Below are positions 16,488-23,619 of a stretch of DNA of 24,000 nucleotides, piece after piece. Position 1 is the first letter of the stretch. Every line of letters starts with the position of its first letter. Made by a program: the position numbers and the translations under genes. The stretch is taken from positions 45,960-69,959 of the forward strand of contig JAFQBW010000001.1 in the NCBI GenBank assembly GCA_017399555.1, in the 5' to 3' direction. The DNA is from Methanocorpusculum sp. Lineage in GTDB: Archaea; Halobacteriota; Methanomicrobia; Methanomicrobiales; Methanocorpusculaceae. The notes under the pieces were generated by a model. That model was not told the origin of the DNA. It made no database searches and saw nothing but the letters and a program-made list of their open reading frames with translations.

Positions 16488-17738
16488 ATGACCGGAAATA
16501 TCGAGCCGGATGCACCCTGTGTCGAGGGGGTAAATCCGGACATCACAAATGAGAGGGACGAGCTGCAGTATCTCAGGCGTGAAACCGAGACCCTGCAGAA
16601 GATTATCCGTGCCGAGCGGAAGGAAAACGATACGCTCCGCGTTGAAAATAATAAACTCCGTATGGATAACACCCAGCTGAAAAAGGAAAACAATCAGCTG
16701 AAGCGTCTCCCCCTCTTCGTGGCAGTTGTCCTCGAAAAACTTGCCAATAATGAAGTCTATCTCCGCCAGATGGGAAATAATCAGGAATATGTCACCCAGA
16801 CAACCGCGGCAGTGTACGACCGCATTAAAAGCGGCACCAAGGTTGCGGTAAATAACACTTTATCCATCGTCAAAATAATGGGAGACTCCGTTGACGTCCG
16901 CGTCAAGGTTATGGAGCTTGAGGAAAAGCCGGAGACTTCATTCTCTGATATCGGCGGTCTCAAGGACGAAATTGTCGAGGTCCGCGAAGCTGTCGAGTAT
17001 CCGCTTACCAAACCGGCGGCATTCGAGAAGTTCGGTGTCATTCCGCCGAAGGGAGTTCTCCTCTACGGTCCGCCGGGAACAGGCAAGACCTTAATTGCCA
17101 AAGCGGTTGCCCACAACGCAGGCGTTCCGTTCCTCAGACTTGCCGGCTCGGAACTTGTCCATAAGTACATCGGTGAAGGAGCACAGCTTGTCCGTGACCT
17201 TTTCAGCATGGCACGCGAGCTTGCCGAGGAAAACAGCGGTGTTGTTGTCTTTATTGATGAGATTGATGCAGTCGGCAGTATGCGAACCAACGACGGAACG
17301 TCCGGTTCTGCCGAGGTTCAGAGAACCTTAATGCAGCTGTTAGCCGAAATGGACGGATTCAACAACCGCGGAAACATCAGAATTATTGCGGCAACCAACC
17401 GTCCGGACATGCTTGATGCAGCACTGCTTCGTCCGGGAAGATTCGACCGCTTAATCAAAATCCCGGCACCGGATGCAGACGCCCGTATGCAGATTTTCCG
17501 CGTCCACACCAGAAAGATGGAGGCCGCCGGAGCACTTGATAACATCAACTACAAAGAGCTGGTGAACTTAAGTGACGGATTAACCGGTGCGGAGATTGAG
17601 GCAATCTGCCGTGAAGCTGGTATGCTCGCTATCAGAAATGACAACGATATGATTACCGGCGAGGATTTCCTTGCGGCAATCCGCAAAGTCCGTCATGCAG
17701 AAAAGGATGAGTCCTGGCGCGACGTAATGTATCTCTGA
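16488..17738 (+). CDS. pan: Proteasome-activating nucleotidase (AAA+ ATPase)
   Basis: N-terminal coiled coil (LQYLRRETETLQKIIRAERKENDTLRVENNKLRMDNTQLKKENNQL), Walker A GPPGTGKT, Walker B VVFIDEIDA, second region of homology ATNRPDMLDAALLRPGRFD, and a C-terminal HbYX motif (M-Y-L). Confidence 0.93.
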   Translation: MTGNIEPDAPCVEGVNPDITNERDELQYLRRETETLQKIIRAERKENDTLRVENNKLRMDNTQLKKENNQLKRLPLFVAVVLEKLANNEVYLRQMGNNQEYVTQTTAAVYDRIKSGTKVAVNNTLSIVKIMGDSVDVRVKVMELEEKPETSFSDIGGLKDEIVEVREAVEYPLTKPAAFEKFGVIPPKGVLLYGPPGTGKTLIAKAVAHNAGVPFLRLAGSELVHKYIGEGAQLVRDLFSMARELAEENSGVVVFIDEIDAVGSMRTNDGTSGSAEVQRTLMQLLAEMDGFNNRGNIRIIAATNRPDMLDAALLRPGRFDRLIKIPAPDADARMQIFRVHTRKMEAAGALDNINYKELVNLSDGLTGAEIEAICREAGMLAIRNDNDMITGEDFLAAIRKVRHAEKDESWRDVMYL

Positions 17739-17739
17739 T

Positions 17740-18159
17740 ATGCAGGTTGTCTGTATTGCAAAACCGGGAGTTTCTCTCCTGCAGACGCTGACGGACTCGG
17801 AGACGAGCCGTCACATTCTCCGTTTTTACCGTCCGGAAGATATCAAATACGGCGTTCGGGTGCAGGTATCTGCGGTATCCAGTGCGCTTGCTCTGTTAAG
17901 TGAACTGCGCTGGTATCTCCTGCGCTACACAACTGCCGCCTTGATTGAGGACACCGAGCACGGCGTGTATCTGACGCGGGAGCTTGCCGGAAAGGTCTAT
18001 GAGGAGCGGGAAGTGTCGCTTGGGGAAACCTGGGAGCATGCGTTTCGTATTGCGGTAACGGAAGACGGCGAGTCGGTGAAAGTTCCAATAGGCGTTGACA
18101 CGCCGCCTGGAACAATTCTTTCCTTCCTGGTCTGGGGCACACAGCGTGAGTGTCCGTAA
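17740..18159 (+). CDS. Hypothetical protein (139 aa) translationally coupled to pan
   Basis: The ATG lies 1 nt after the pan stop (TGA-t-ATG). The ORF has non-repetitive composition and no recognisable motif. Confidence 0.5.
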   Translation: MQVVCIAKPGVSLLQTLTDSETSRHILRFYRPEDIKYGVRVQVSAVSSALALLSELRWYLLRYTTAALIEDTEHGVYLTRELAGKVYEEREVSLGETWEHAFRIAVTEDGESVKVPIGVDTPPGTILSFLVWGTQRECP

Positions 18160-18204
18160 CCGCATAAAATAGATTACCTGCCAGAACCAACACATATCTA
18201 TATT

Positions 18205-18525
18205 ATGGCTCTCCGACTTTCGTTCACCCTGGACTCTGTTCTTTCCGAGCGGATTGACCAGTTTGCAAAGAAGCAGGAACTTGACAGAAACGAGGCCGTT
18301 CTTCTTCTTCTGGAACACGGACTCGACCGTGCGGCTGGCGAAGGAGTTATTGAACCAATTCGCGACCGTGATTTCAAGCGGGAAGCACGGATGCAGAAGA
18401 ATATTGATTCTATTACCGGCGGGCTTGATGATTTACGCAAAGAGATTCGCTCTCTCCATCACCTGGTAAATCTGAGCATGAAGGATTCTGAGAAAAAGAA
18501 CAGCAGACGCGGTCTGTTTAAATAA
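18205..18525 (+). CDS. Ribbon-helix-helix (CopG/Arc/MetJ-like) DNA-binding protein with C-terminal coiled-coil tail
   Basis: N-terminus LRLSFTLDSVLSERIDQFAKKQELDRNEAVLLLLEHGL fits the beta-strand/helix/helix RHH pattern. The remainder is charged and helical. Confidence 0.65.
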   Translation: MALRLSFTLDSVLSERIDQFAKKQELDRNEAVLLLLEHGLDRAAGEGVIEPIRDRDFKREARMQKNIDSITGGLDDLRKEIRSLHHLVNLSMKDSEKKNSRRGLFK

Positions 18526-18533
18526 TCACACGT

Positions 18534-20153
18534 ATGAAACAAACCTATATTATCGGACACCGCCATCCCGACACTGATTCTATCTGCAGTGCCATTGGGT
18601 ATGCGGCCCTTTTGAATAGACACGGCGGCAATCAGTATATTGCGGCATGCTGCGGAAAGCTGAATGCCGAGTCGAAGTATGCGCTTTCGAAGTTCGGTGT
18701 TGATGAGCCGGCACTGGTTTTGAATGTCGAGCCGGCGGTCTCTGATTTATCCCGGATTCATCAGGACAGAGCAGTTGGTTCTACGCCGACAATTGATGTT
18801 ATCCACCAGCTGGATGAGAAGGATATCAGAAACCTGCCAATCATTGATGAGTCGGGTAAACTGCTCGGTCTCGTGAGTGAACACGGTCTTGCCCGCGCTT
18901 ATGTTTCCAATACGAAGATGGATACGCTTGCGGTCTCTCCTATTCCGGTGGAGACGCTGACGCGTATTCTCCACGGAGAAATCCGCGTAAAGAAGCATGA
19001 TGTTTTGGAAGGTGCGGTTTATATTTCGATTGATGCCCTGCATGTTATTCTTTCCCGCATTACGGAGAAAGACATTGCTATCGTCGGCGATGATGAGCCG
19101 ACGCAGCTTGCGTTAGTTTCTGCCGGTATTGCGGCACTGATTATCGCAGACTCTGCTCCGGTCGGTCAGCGTCTTCTGGATGCCGCAGAAGCCCGCGGGG
19201 TTACGGTGATTGCAACGGCTGCGGATGCGTTCGGTGTTGCCAATCTGATTCATTTAACGCTTCCGGCAGAGCGGATTATGTCAACAGATGTTCCCCGCGT
19301 TCGGATGCAGGATACGATTGAGTATGTACAGCAGGTTGTTTCAAATGCAAAGTACCGTGCGGCCTGTGTGGTTGATGCGGACGGAAAGCTGATTGGTACG
19401 ATTTCCCGCAATACGCTGATGGAGGATGCGGCAAAGTCCGTTATTCTGCTGGACCACAATGAGTACGGTCAGGCGGTGCAGGGTATTGAGTCTGCGGATA
19501 TTTTAGAGATTATCGACCACCACCGTCTGGGTGCTATGACGACTCTGAAGCCTATCCGCTTTGATATGGAGCCGGTCGGTTCTACCTGTACGATTATTGC
19601 CAAGCGTTACCGTGAGTCGGGTATTGCGCCGTCGAAGGAGATTGCCGGAGTTCTGCTGTCCGGTATTTTATCGGATACGCTTGGTCTGAAGATGTCTACA
19701 ACGACGAAGGTGGATGTCGATATGGTGGCATATCTTTCGGCACATGCAGAGATTGATGCAGAGGAGTATGCCCAGGAGTTAATTTCCGAGGGTATGGCTC
19801 TTGCGGGTGTTTCCCAGAGTGCTCTTCTGGAACGCGATACGAAGGAGTTTACGCTTTCTGCAAAGCGGGTTGTTATTGCACAGATTCTTGTTCCGTCCTA
19901 TGAGTATGCTGCAGACCGCAGTGAGGAGATTTATGCGGCTCTGCGGGAGAAGATGCAGGAGCCGCATGCCCCGGATATGTATATTGCGCTCTATACGAGT
20001 GTGTCGGAGATGGGTTCGGATATGTTTGCGGTAGCTGAGGATAAGATGCTGGCATCCGCCCTTCACTGGGACGGCCCGCTCCATCTGCCGGGTGTTGTGT
20101 CGAGGAAGAAGGATTTCGTGCCGAAGTTCGGGCATATCCTGGCTTCCCTGTAA
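18534..20153 (+). CDS. CBS-domain-containing DHH/DHHA2 phosphoesterase (family II inorganic pyrophosphatase-like)
   Basis: DHH motifs HRHPDTDSICSA, LLDHNE and IIDHHR. DHHA2 motif LLSGILSDT. A ~230-aa insertion carries a CBS pair (VIHQLDEKDIRNLPIIDESGKLLGLVS and AACVVDADGKLIGTISRN). Confidence 0.85.
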   Translation: MKQTYIIGHRHPDTDSICSAIGYAALLNRHGGNQYIAACCGKLNAESKYALSKFGVDEPALVLNVEPAVSDLSRIHQDRAVGSTPTIDVIHQLDEKDIRNLPIIDESGKLLGLVSEHGLARAYVSNTKMDTLAVSPIPVETLTRILHGEIRVKKHDVLEGAVYISIDALHVILSRITEKDIAIVGDDEPTQLALVSAGIAALIIADSAPVGQRLLDAAEARGVTVIATAADAFGVANLIHLTLPAERIMSTDVPRVRMQDTIEYVQQVVSNAKYRAACVVDADGKLIGTISRNTLMEDAAKSVILLDHNEYGQAVQGIESADILEIIDHHRLGAMTTLKPIRFDMEPVGSTCTIIAKRYRESGIAPSKEIAGVLLSGILSDTLGLKMSTTTKVDVDMVAYLSAHAEIDAEEYAQELISEGMALAGVSQSALLERDTKEFTLSAKRVVIAQILVPSYEYAADRSEEIYAALREKMQEPHAPDMYIALYTSVSEMGSDMFAVAEDKMLASALHWDGPLHLPGVVSRKKDFVPKFGHILASL

Positions 20154-20154
20154 C

Positions 20155-20161
20155 TTTTTTT
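20155..20161 (+). terminator. Oligo-T (T7) tract immediately after the pyrophosphatase stop
   Basis: The sequence is taaC-TTTTTTT. It is contiguous with the first Y repeat unit. Confidence 0.4.
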
Positions 20162-20315
20162 GTCGTGCTTTAACTTCGCGTCTCATCGAGTCTCTCGTAC
20201 TCCGCACGCCCTTTTGTCGTGCTTTAACTTCGAGTCTCATTGAGCCTCTCGTGCTCCGCCTGCCCGCTTCTGAGTGTTGGCGGGCTATGCGGCGGGGATG
20301 GGTGCGGGTGTTGTG
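20157..20315 (+). repeat. Y repeat, locus 1: 55-bp unit in tandem (x2) plus 50-bp tail
   Basis: Unit 1 (20157-20211) is ttttgtcgtgctttaacttcgcgtctcatcgagtctctcgtactccgcacgccc. Unit 2 starts at 20212. The tail is gcttctgagtgttggcgggctatgcggcggggatgggtgcgggtgttgtg. Positions 20200-20315 recur at 21406-21521. Confidence 0.85.
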
Positions 20316-20450
20316 TGTGTTTTTTGGTGGAGTGGGGGGACACGCGGGAAGAGGGTGTTTAGATGCGAAGAGAATCTGCTGTGCAGGCAGATTTGGTTGT
20401 GGTTATTTTATTCACAGAGTCTTTTTCTCTTTCGGCGGTGAAGGTATTGT

Positions 20451-21092
20451 ATGGACTGGCATGTTTCCGAGCCGTATGAGCCGGCTGATTATGTGCGGCA
20501 GAAGGCTCCTTATCCTGCGTATGATGTGTGGGATTTGCTGAGTGATGCTGAGCGGGATGCGGTTTTGTCGTTTCAGGATTTGGGAAGTCGTCAGGATTCG
20601 TGGGATGTGTCTGCTCCTGACCCGGTACACGTAAACTGTTCTATTGTGAATTCGTATCTGCGGTTTCCTGAATTTGTTCAGGAGATGTCGTCTGATGATT
20701 TGCGGTTGTGTGAGGAGCTTATTTCACTTCTGGATTCTGCGGTTTCGAAGAGTGTTCTGCCGGAAGGATTGAATGTGATTCGCGGTCTTGCCGACCCGCA
20801 GTGGATTTCTCAGCTGTCTGAAGGAGATGTGTATCTCGAACCGGCTTATGGGAGTTATTCTCTTTCTGTTGATGCGGCTTTACGGTATGCGCGGGTGAAT
20901 GATGAGGGAAAATTGGTGTTTCTTGCCCGTATACTTGAAAAAGGAGAGAGGGCGTTGTATTTAGGATGTAAGGAGGAGGAGATGCTTGTTGAACGCGGTT
21001 GTGAATATGTGATTAATGAGATTAGTCCTGTGGAAAAGGGCGTGCTCTCGTCTGATTATGAGGCGAGTGTTTATATTCTTCGGAGGAGATAG
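20451..21092 (+). CDS. C3-exoenzyme-like ADP-ribosyltransferase (R-S-E clade), no signal peptide
   Basis: Motif order matches C3-like ARTs recalled from memory. The N-terminal helical region is SDAERDAVLSF....IVNSYLR...LCEELISLLDSAVSKSVLPEGL. The Arg motif is NVIRG. The STS-like motif is EPAYGSYSLS. The catalytic motif is KEEEMLVERGCEYVI (E-x-E, compare C3 QLEMLLPRHSTYHI). Length is 213 aa, similar to mature C3. A GGTGAAGG box lies 7 nt upstream of the ATG. Confidence 0.72.
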   Translation: MDWHVSEPYEPADYVRQKAPYPAYDVWDLLSDAERDAVLSFQDLGSRQDSWDVSAPDPVHVNCSIVNSYLRFPEFVQEMSSDDLRLCEELISLLDSAVSKSVLPEGLNVIRGLADPQWISQLSEGDVYLEPAYGSYSLSVDAALRYARVNDEGKLVFLARILEKGERALYLGCKEEEMLVERGCEYVINEISPVEKGVLSSDYEASVYILRRR

Positions 21093-21099
21093 ATAAATT

Positions 21100-21255
21100 A
21101 TGTATCCAACAACCTGTGAATATATGGTGTATGTCGGACACCAGGAATTAACGGAGGAGGACAGGCGTGATGCACGCAGGATACGTGAGGGTTTTGAGCG
21201 CTGTTTCCTTCCGCCCGGGGTGAAGCTGAAGCCGCGTTCTGAGATGAAGGATTAA
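21100..21255 (+). CDS. 51-codon ORF downstream of the ART gene (candidate immunity/antitoxin partner)
   Basis: This ORF is absent from the supplied track because it is under 60 aa. Its translation is MYPTTCEYMVYVGHQELTEEDRRDARRIREGFERCFLPPGVKLKPRSEMKD. The ATG lies 7 nt after the ART stop, with GGAGGAG 10 nt upstream. Two oligo-T tracts follow the stop directly. Coding status is unproven. Confidence 0.4.
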   Translation: MYPTTCEYMVYVGHQELTEEDRRDARRIREGFERCFLPPGVKLKPRSEMKD

Positions 21256-21261
21256 GATCTC

Positions 21262-21280
21262 TTTTTTGAATACTTTTTTT
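21262..21280 (+). terminator. Twin oligo-T tracts (T6, T7) after the ART/mini-ORF pair
   Basis: The sequence cTTTTTTgaatacTTTTTTTg begins 7 nt after the mini-ORF stop. Confidence 0.45.
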
Positions 21281-21360
21281 GTGTTGTTTCGGTATATCTG
21301 CTGGGTATTTTGGTTATTTGGCAAATGATTGCCGCCGGAAACGGGCACAGCGACAGCGTT

Positions 21361-21567
21361 GTGCCCCCGGCGGTTGTTGAATGTTTCTTTGGTCTTATTC
21401 GACTGCTCCGCACGCCCTTTTGTCGTGCTTTAACTTCGCGTCTCATCGAGCCTCTCGTACTCCGCCTGCCCGCTTCTGAGCGTTGGCGAGCTATGCGGCG
21501 GGGATGGGTGCGGGTGTTGTGCTCCCGGCGGTTGATGATTTTTTTGGCATGATTCGACTGCCCCGCC
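21361..21567 (+). repeat. X-Y-X' repeat block (Y repeat locus 2 flanked by two ~50-bp X repeats)
   Basis: X is gtgcccccggcggttgttgaatgtttctttggtcttattcgactgctccgc (21361-21411). X' is gtgctcccggcggttgatgatttttttggcatgattcgactgccccgcc (21519-21567). Y (21406-21521) matches 20200-20315 with 6 mismatches in 116 nt. Confidence 0.85.
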
Positions 21568-21691
21568 TGACTGCTCGCTGACGCGGCAGTCCGAGACGGC
21601 GGGGAGAGACTTAGGTGTTTGGGATTCTGGTGCAGAGCCGTTTCGACTACAAAAAACCGCAGTGCATACTTCACCTGCTGACGCAGGTTTC

Positions 21692-21804
21692 GTATGCCTG
21701 CTGTCGCAAGTCTCTTCGAGCCTTGCTCCCGGCTTGAGCCCCTCCGGGTCTCGCGCCTTCCGACCACTCCTCCCCTTCGGGTCGGCGTGCTCGTCTTTTT
21801 TGCT
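21692..21804 (+). repeat. Z repeat, copy 1 (GC-rich, ends in hairpin plus oligo-T)
   Basis: The core gtctcttcgagccttgctcccggcttgagcccctccgggtctcgc matches the reverse complement of 23529-23571. It ends with a ccgacc...ggtcgg hairpin and cttttttgc. Confidence 0.7.
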
Positions 21805-21983
21805 TAACGTCTCCACTACCCGTATACATGGTTGGATAGGGCGGGGCACAGGCGTCTACCCGCGAGAGGATAACCATGCCGTTCTCGTCGCTTCGCTCCG
21901 ATTCCGGCACGGATATCGTCTCGCGGTTCACACCTTGGCGGCGTTGCCGCCCGGACTGCCCGGGCAGGCTTTGGAGTTATATT

Positions 21984-22361
21984 ATGAAAATGTTAGATGA
22001 CAACTCGGATTTACTGAAAGTACTTCGCTGTGCTTTTGAGGTTTATGCAACTTTGAAATACGGTTATCTGGAATCGGTGTATGAGGCGGCTCTCGAATAC
22101 GAACTTTTGCAGGCGGGCTTTTCGGTTTCCCGGCAGGTTCGGATTCCGGTGTTCTACAAGGGTGTGGAGCTGAAAAAGGATTTCTATGCGGATATGGTGG
22201 TGAATGACTGTATTCTTTTAGAGTTAAAGGCAGTATCTACAATCAATCAGGCTCACGAAAAACAGCTTCAAAGTTACATGAAGAGTACAGGAATCAAAGA
22301 AGGCATGCTGTTAAACTTCGGGCATGTGAGGAGCTTACAATGGAGAGTTTTCTCTCCATGA
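21984..22361 (+). CDS. GxxExxY-family protein (PD-(D/E)xK nuclease-like fold)
   Basis: Signature GYLESVYE, then the ADMVVNDCILLELKAV (D...ELK) nuclease-like motif. Start at MKMLDD is chosen by alignment with the paralog at 23620-24000. The longer ORF from 21876 runs through repeat sequence. Confidence 0.85.
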   Translation: MKMLDDNSDLLKVLRCAFEVYATLKYGYLESVYEAALEYELLQAGFSVSRQVRIPVFYKGVELKKDFYADMVVNDCILLELKAVSTINQAHEKQLQSYMKSTGIKEGMLLNFGHVRSLQWRVFSP

Positions 22362-22493
22362 TTTCATTTCATCTTTGATGTGGGTATTTGCCCATGTTAT
22401 TTGCGTATTTTTCAAATTATTGCACAAATTAATGGGGATTCTATTAAGAATAAACCGAAATGTTTTTTTTTTCCCTACATCACATATATCCAC

Positions 22494-23471
22494 ATGAAGA
22501 AATTCATTATGGCTGTAGGGCTTCTTCTCGTCGCAGCAGTTTTTATGAGCGGCTGTGTAACAGAGACGGAAGACCCGATTGTTGGAATCTGGCATAACGA
22601 TAAAGAAGCAAGTTTGCCGAATGGTGATTTTGATTCCAGAATCTTTGTATTCAATGCTGATGGTACTGGAATTTCCCAGTTCCGGTTTGATGGAGAACCA
22701 GTCTCCGATAATCGTGATTTTACCTGGAAAAATGAAGGTGACGGAAAGTACATCGTCAACTATGCGAATACCTACGGTACTAACATCTCGACAACGAATG
22801 AGCTTGTATTAGCTGAAGATGTCTTATCAACAACTGTTGAACCATACAAGTTCGAGCTCCACAGAGAATCCGCAGCAGAGTATCTTGTTGGTCTCTGGGC
22901 AACTGATGTATCAGACTATGAAGAGTTAGAAGACATTGTCTGTCTGATGTACGTTGCCGAAGACGGCACAGGAGATATCATTTACTACGGCTCGGAAGTC
23001 ATGGGATTCGATGATGTCTACACGTATGCATTCACCTGGGAAGAGAAGGATGGTGTAATGTATGGTGTTTATGAAGGCGGCTATAAGTTCGACCTCACCC
23101 TGAAAGAAGGAGTGCTCTACGAAGGTAAAGAAGAGGTATTCCACAAGTATGCAGTCGAAGACCGCTTACTCGGCATCTGGATGTCTGACGAACCAAGCAA
23201 AGAAGCAGAAGGCACTTTTGACATTGTAATTCTCATCAGACCAGACGGCACTGGTGTTGAAATCTGGACTGTTCCAGGTTCTCATGTCGCATCTGCAAAG
23301 TACTACTTCGACTGGGAAATGACCGATTCATACACCTATCAGGCAGTATATGATGACGGAGAAGTCTGGGACTTTAAAACATTCAACCTTGGTCTCACTG
23401 ACGGTGGAGTAACCTACAGCAAAGTAGGATACGACGTCTTAGCTGAGTATGCAAAGAAGGTTACTGCATAA
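22494..23471 (+). CDS. Lipoprotein with three tandem lipocalin-like repeats
   Basis: Signal plus lipobox MKKFIMAVGLLLVAAVFMSGC. There are three ~95-aa repeats, each starting G(I/L)W..D and containing DGTG and (F/Y)(T/D)W motifs (aa ~29-125, 130-222, 224-315). Start set at 22494, not 22380. Confidence 0.8.
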   Translation: MKKFIMAVGLLLVAAVFMSGCVTETEDPIVGIWHNDKEASLPNGDFDSRIFVFNADGTGISQFRFDGEPVSDNRDFTWKNEGDGKYIVNYANTYGTNISTTNELVLAEDVLSTTVEPYKFELHRESAAEYLVGLWATDVSDYEELEDIVCLMYVAEDGTGDIIYYGSEVMGFDDVYTYAFTWEEKDGVMYGVYEGGYKFDLTLKEGVLYEGKEEVFHKYAVEDRLLGIWMSDEPSKEAEGTFDIVILIRPDGTGVEIWTVPGSHVASAKYYFDWEMTDSYTYQAVYDDGEVWDFKTFNLGLTDGGVTYSKVGYDVLAEYAKKVTA

Positions 23472-23487
23472 CCTAAATCCCAAACAC

Positions 23488-23494
23488 TTTTTTT
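23488..23494 (+). terminator. Oligo-T (T7) tract after the lipoprotein gene
   Basis: The sequence acacTTTTTTTaacc lies 17 nt after the stop codon. Confidence 0.4.
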
Positions 23495-23505
23495 AACCAC
23501 TTTAG

Positions 23506-23600
23506 AGCAAAAAAGCCCGCCGCGATTGGCGAGAGCCGGAGGCTCAAGCCGTGAGCATGGCTCGAAGAGACATGTGATTAGCGAGCGGCGCGGCAGGCAC
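23506..23600 (-). repeat. Z repeat, copy 2 (inverted relative to copy 1)
   Basis: gcgagagccggaggctcaagccgtgagcatggctcgaagagac is the reverse-complement homolog of the 21709-21754 core. It ends (minus strand) in gggcttttttgct, like copy 1. It lies immediately 3' of the minus-strand GxxExxY gene. Confidence 0.7.
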
Positions 23601-23619
23601 GCAAAATACAGCAAAAAAA

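Noticed and set aside
20157-20266. CRISPR-like array
   Set aside because: There are only two directly abutting 55-bp units with no spacers. The same sequence recurs once 1.2 kb away as part of a larger repeat. No cas genes are present.
20092-20541. Plus-strand ORFs reading through the Y repeats (20092..20541 and 21310..21552, shared peptide FCRALTSRLIEPLVLRLPASE.WRAMRRGWVRVLC) and minus-strand ORFs 19779..20240, 21252..21767 and 21430..21849
   Set aside because: Both strands are open across the repeats, which is a GC-rich, stop-poor composition effect. The first ORF starts out of frame inside the pyrophosphatase gene and runs into the ART gene. Four of the 6 Y-copy differences are third-position in the plus frame, but that is not statistically meaningful (roughly 1 in 10 by chance). 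I treat these as non-coding repeats.
21527-21572. C/D-box sRNA (tgatga ... ctga) inside repeat X'
   Set aside because: There are no proper D'/C' boxes at the expected 12-nt guide spacing. The paralogous X copy (21361-21411) lacks the C box.
22380-23471. AT-richer lipoprotein gene as evidence of recent horizontal transfer
   Set aside because: Its synonymous codon choices (cca, gca, tta, aga, gaa) match those of the native, presumably highly expressed acd gene. The lower GC looks driven by amino-acid composition and expression level. Likewise, the T/G-ending codon bias of the ART gene resembles low-expression native genes such as the pyrophosphatase, so codon usage is not decisive for either gene.
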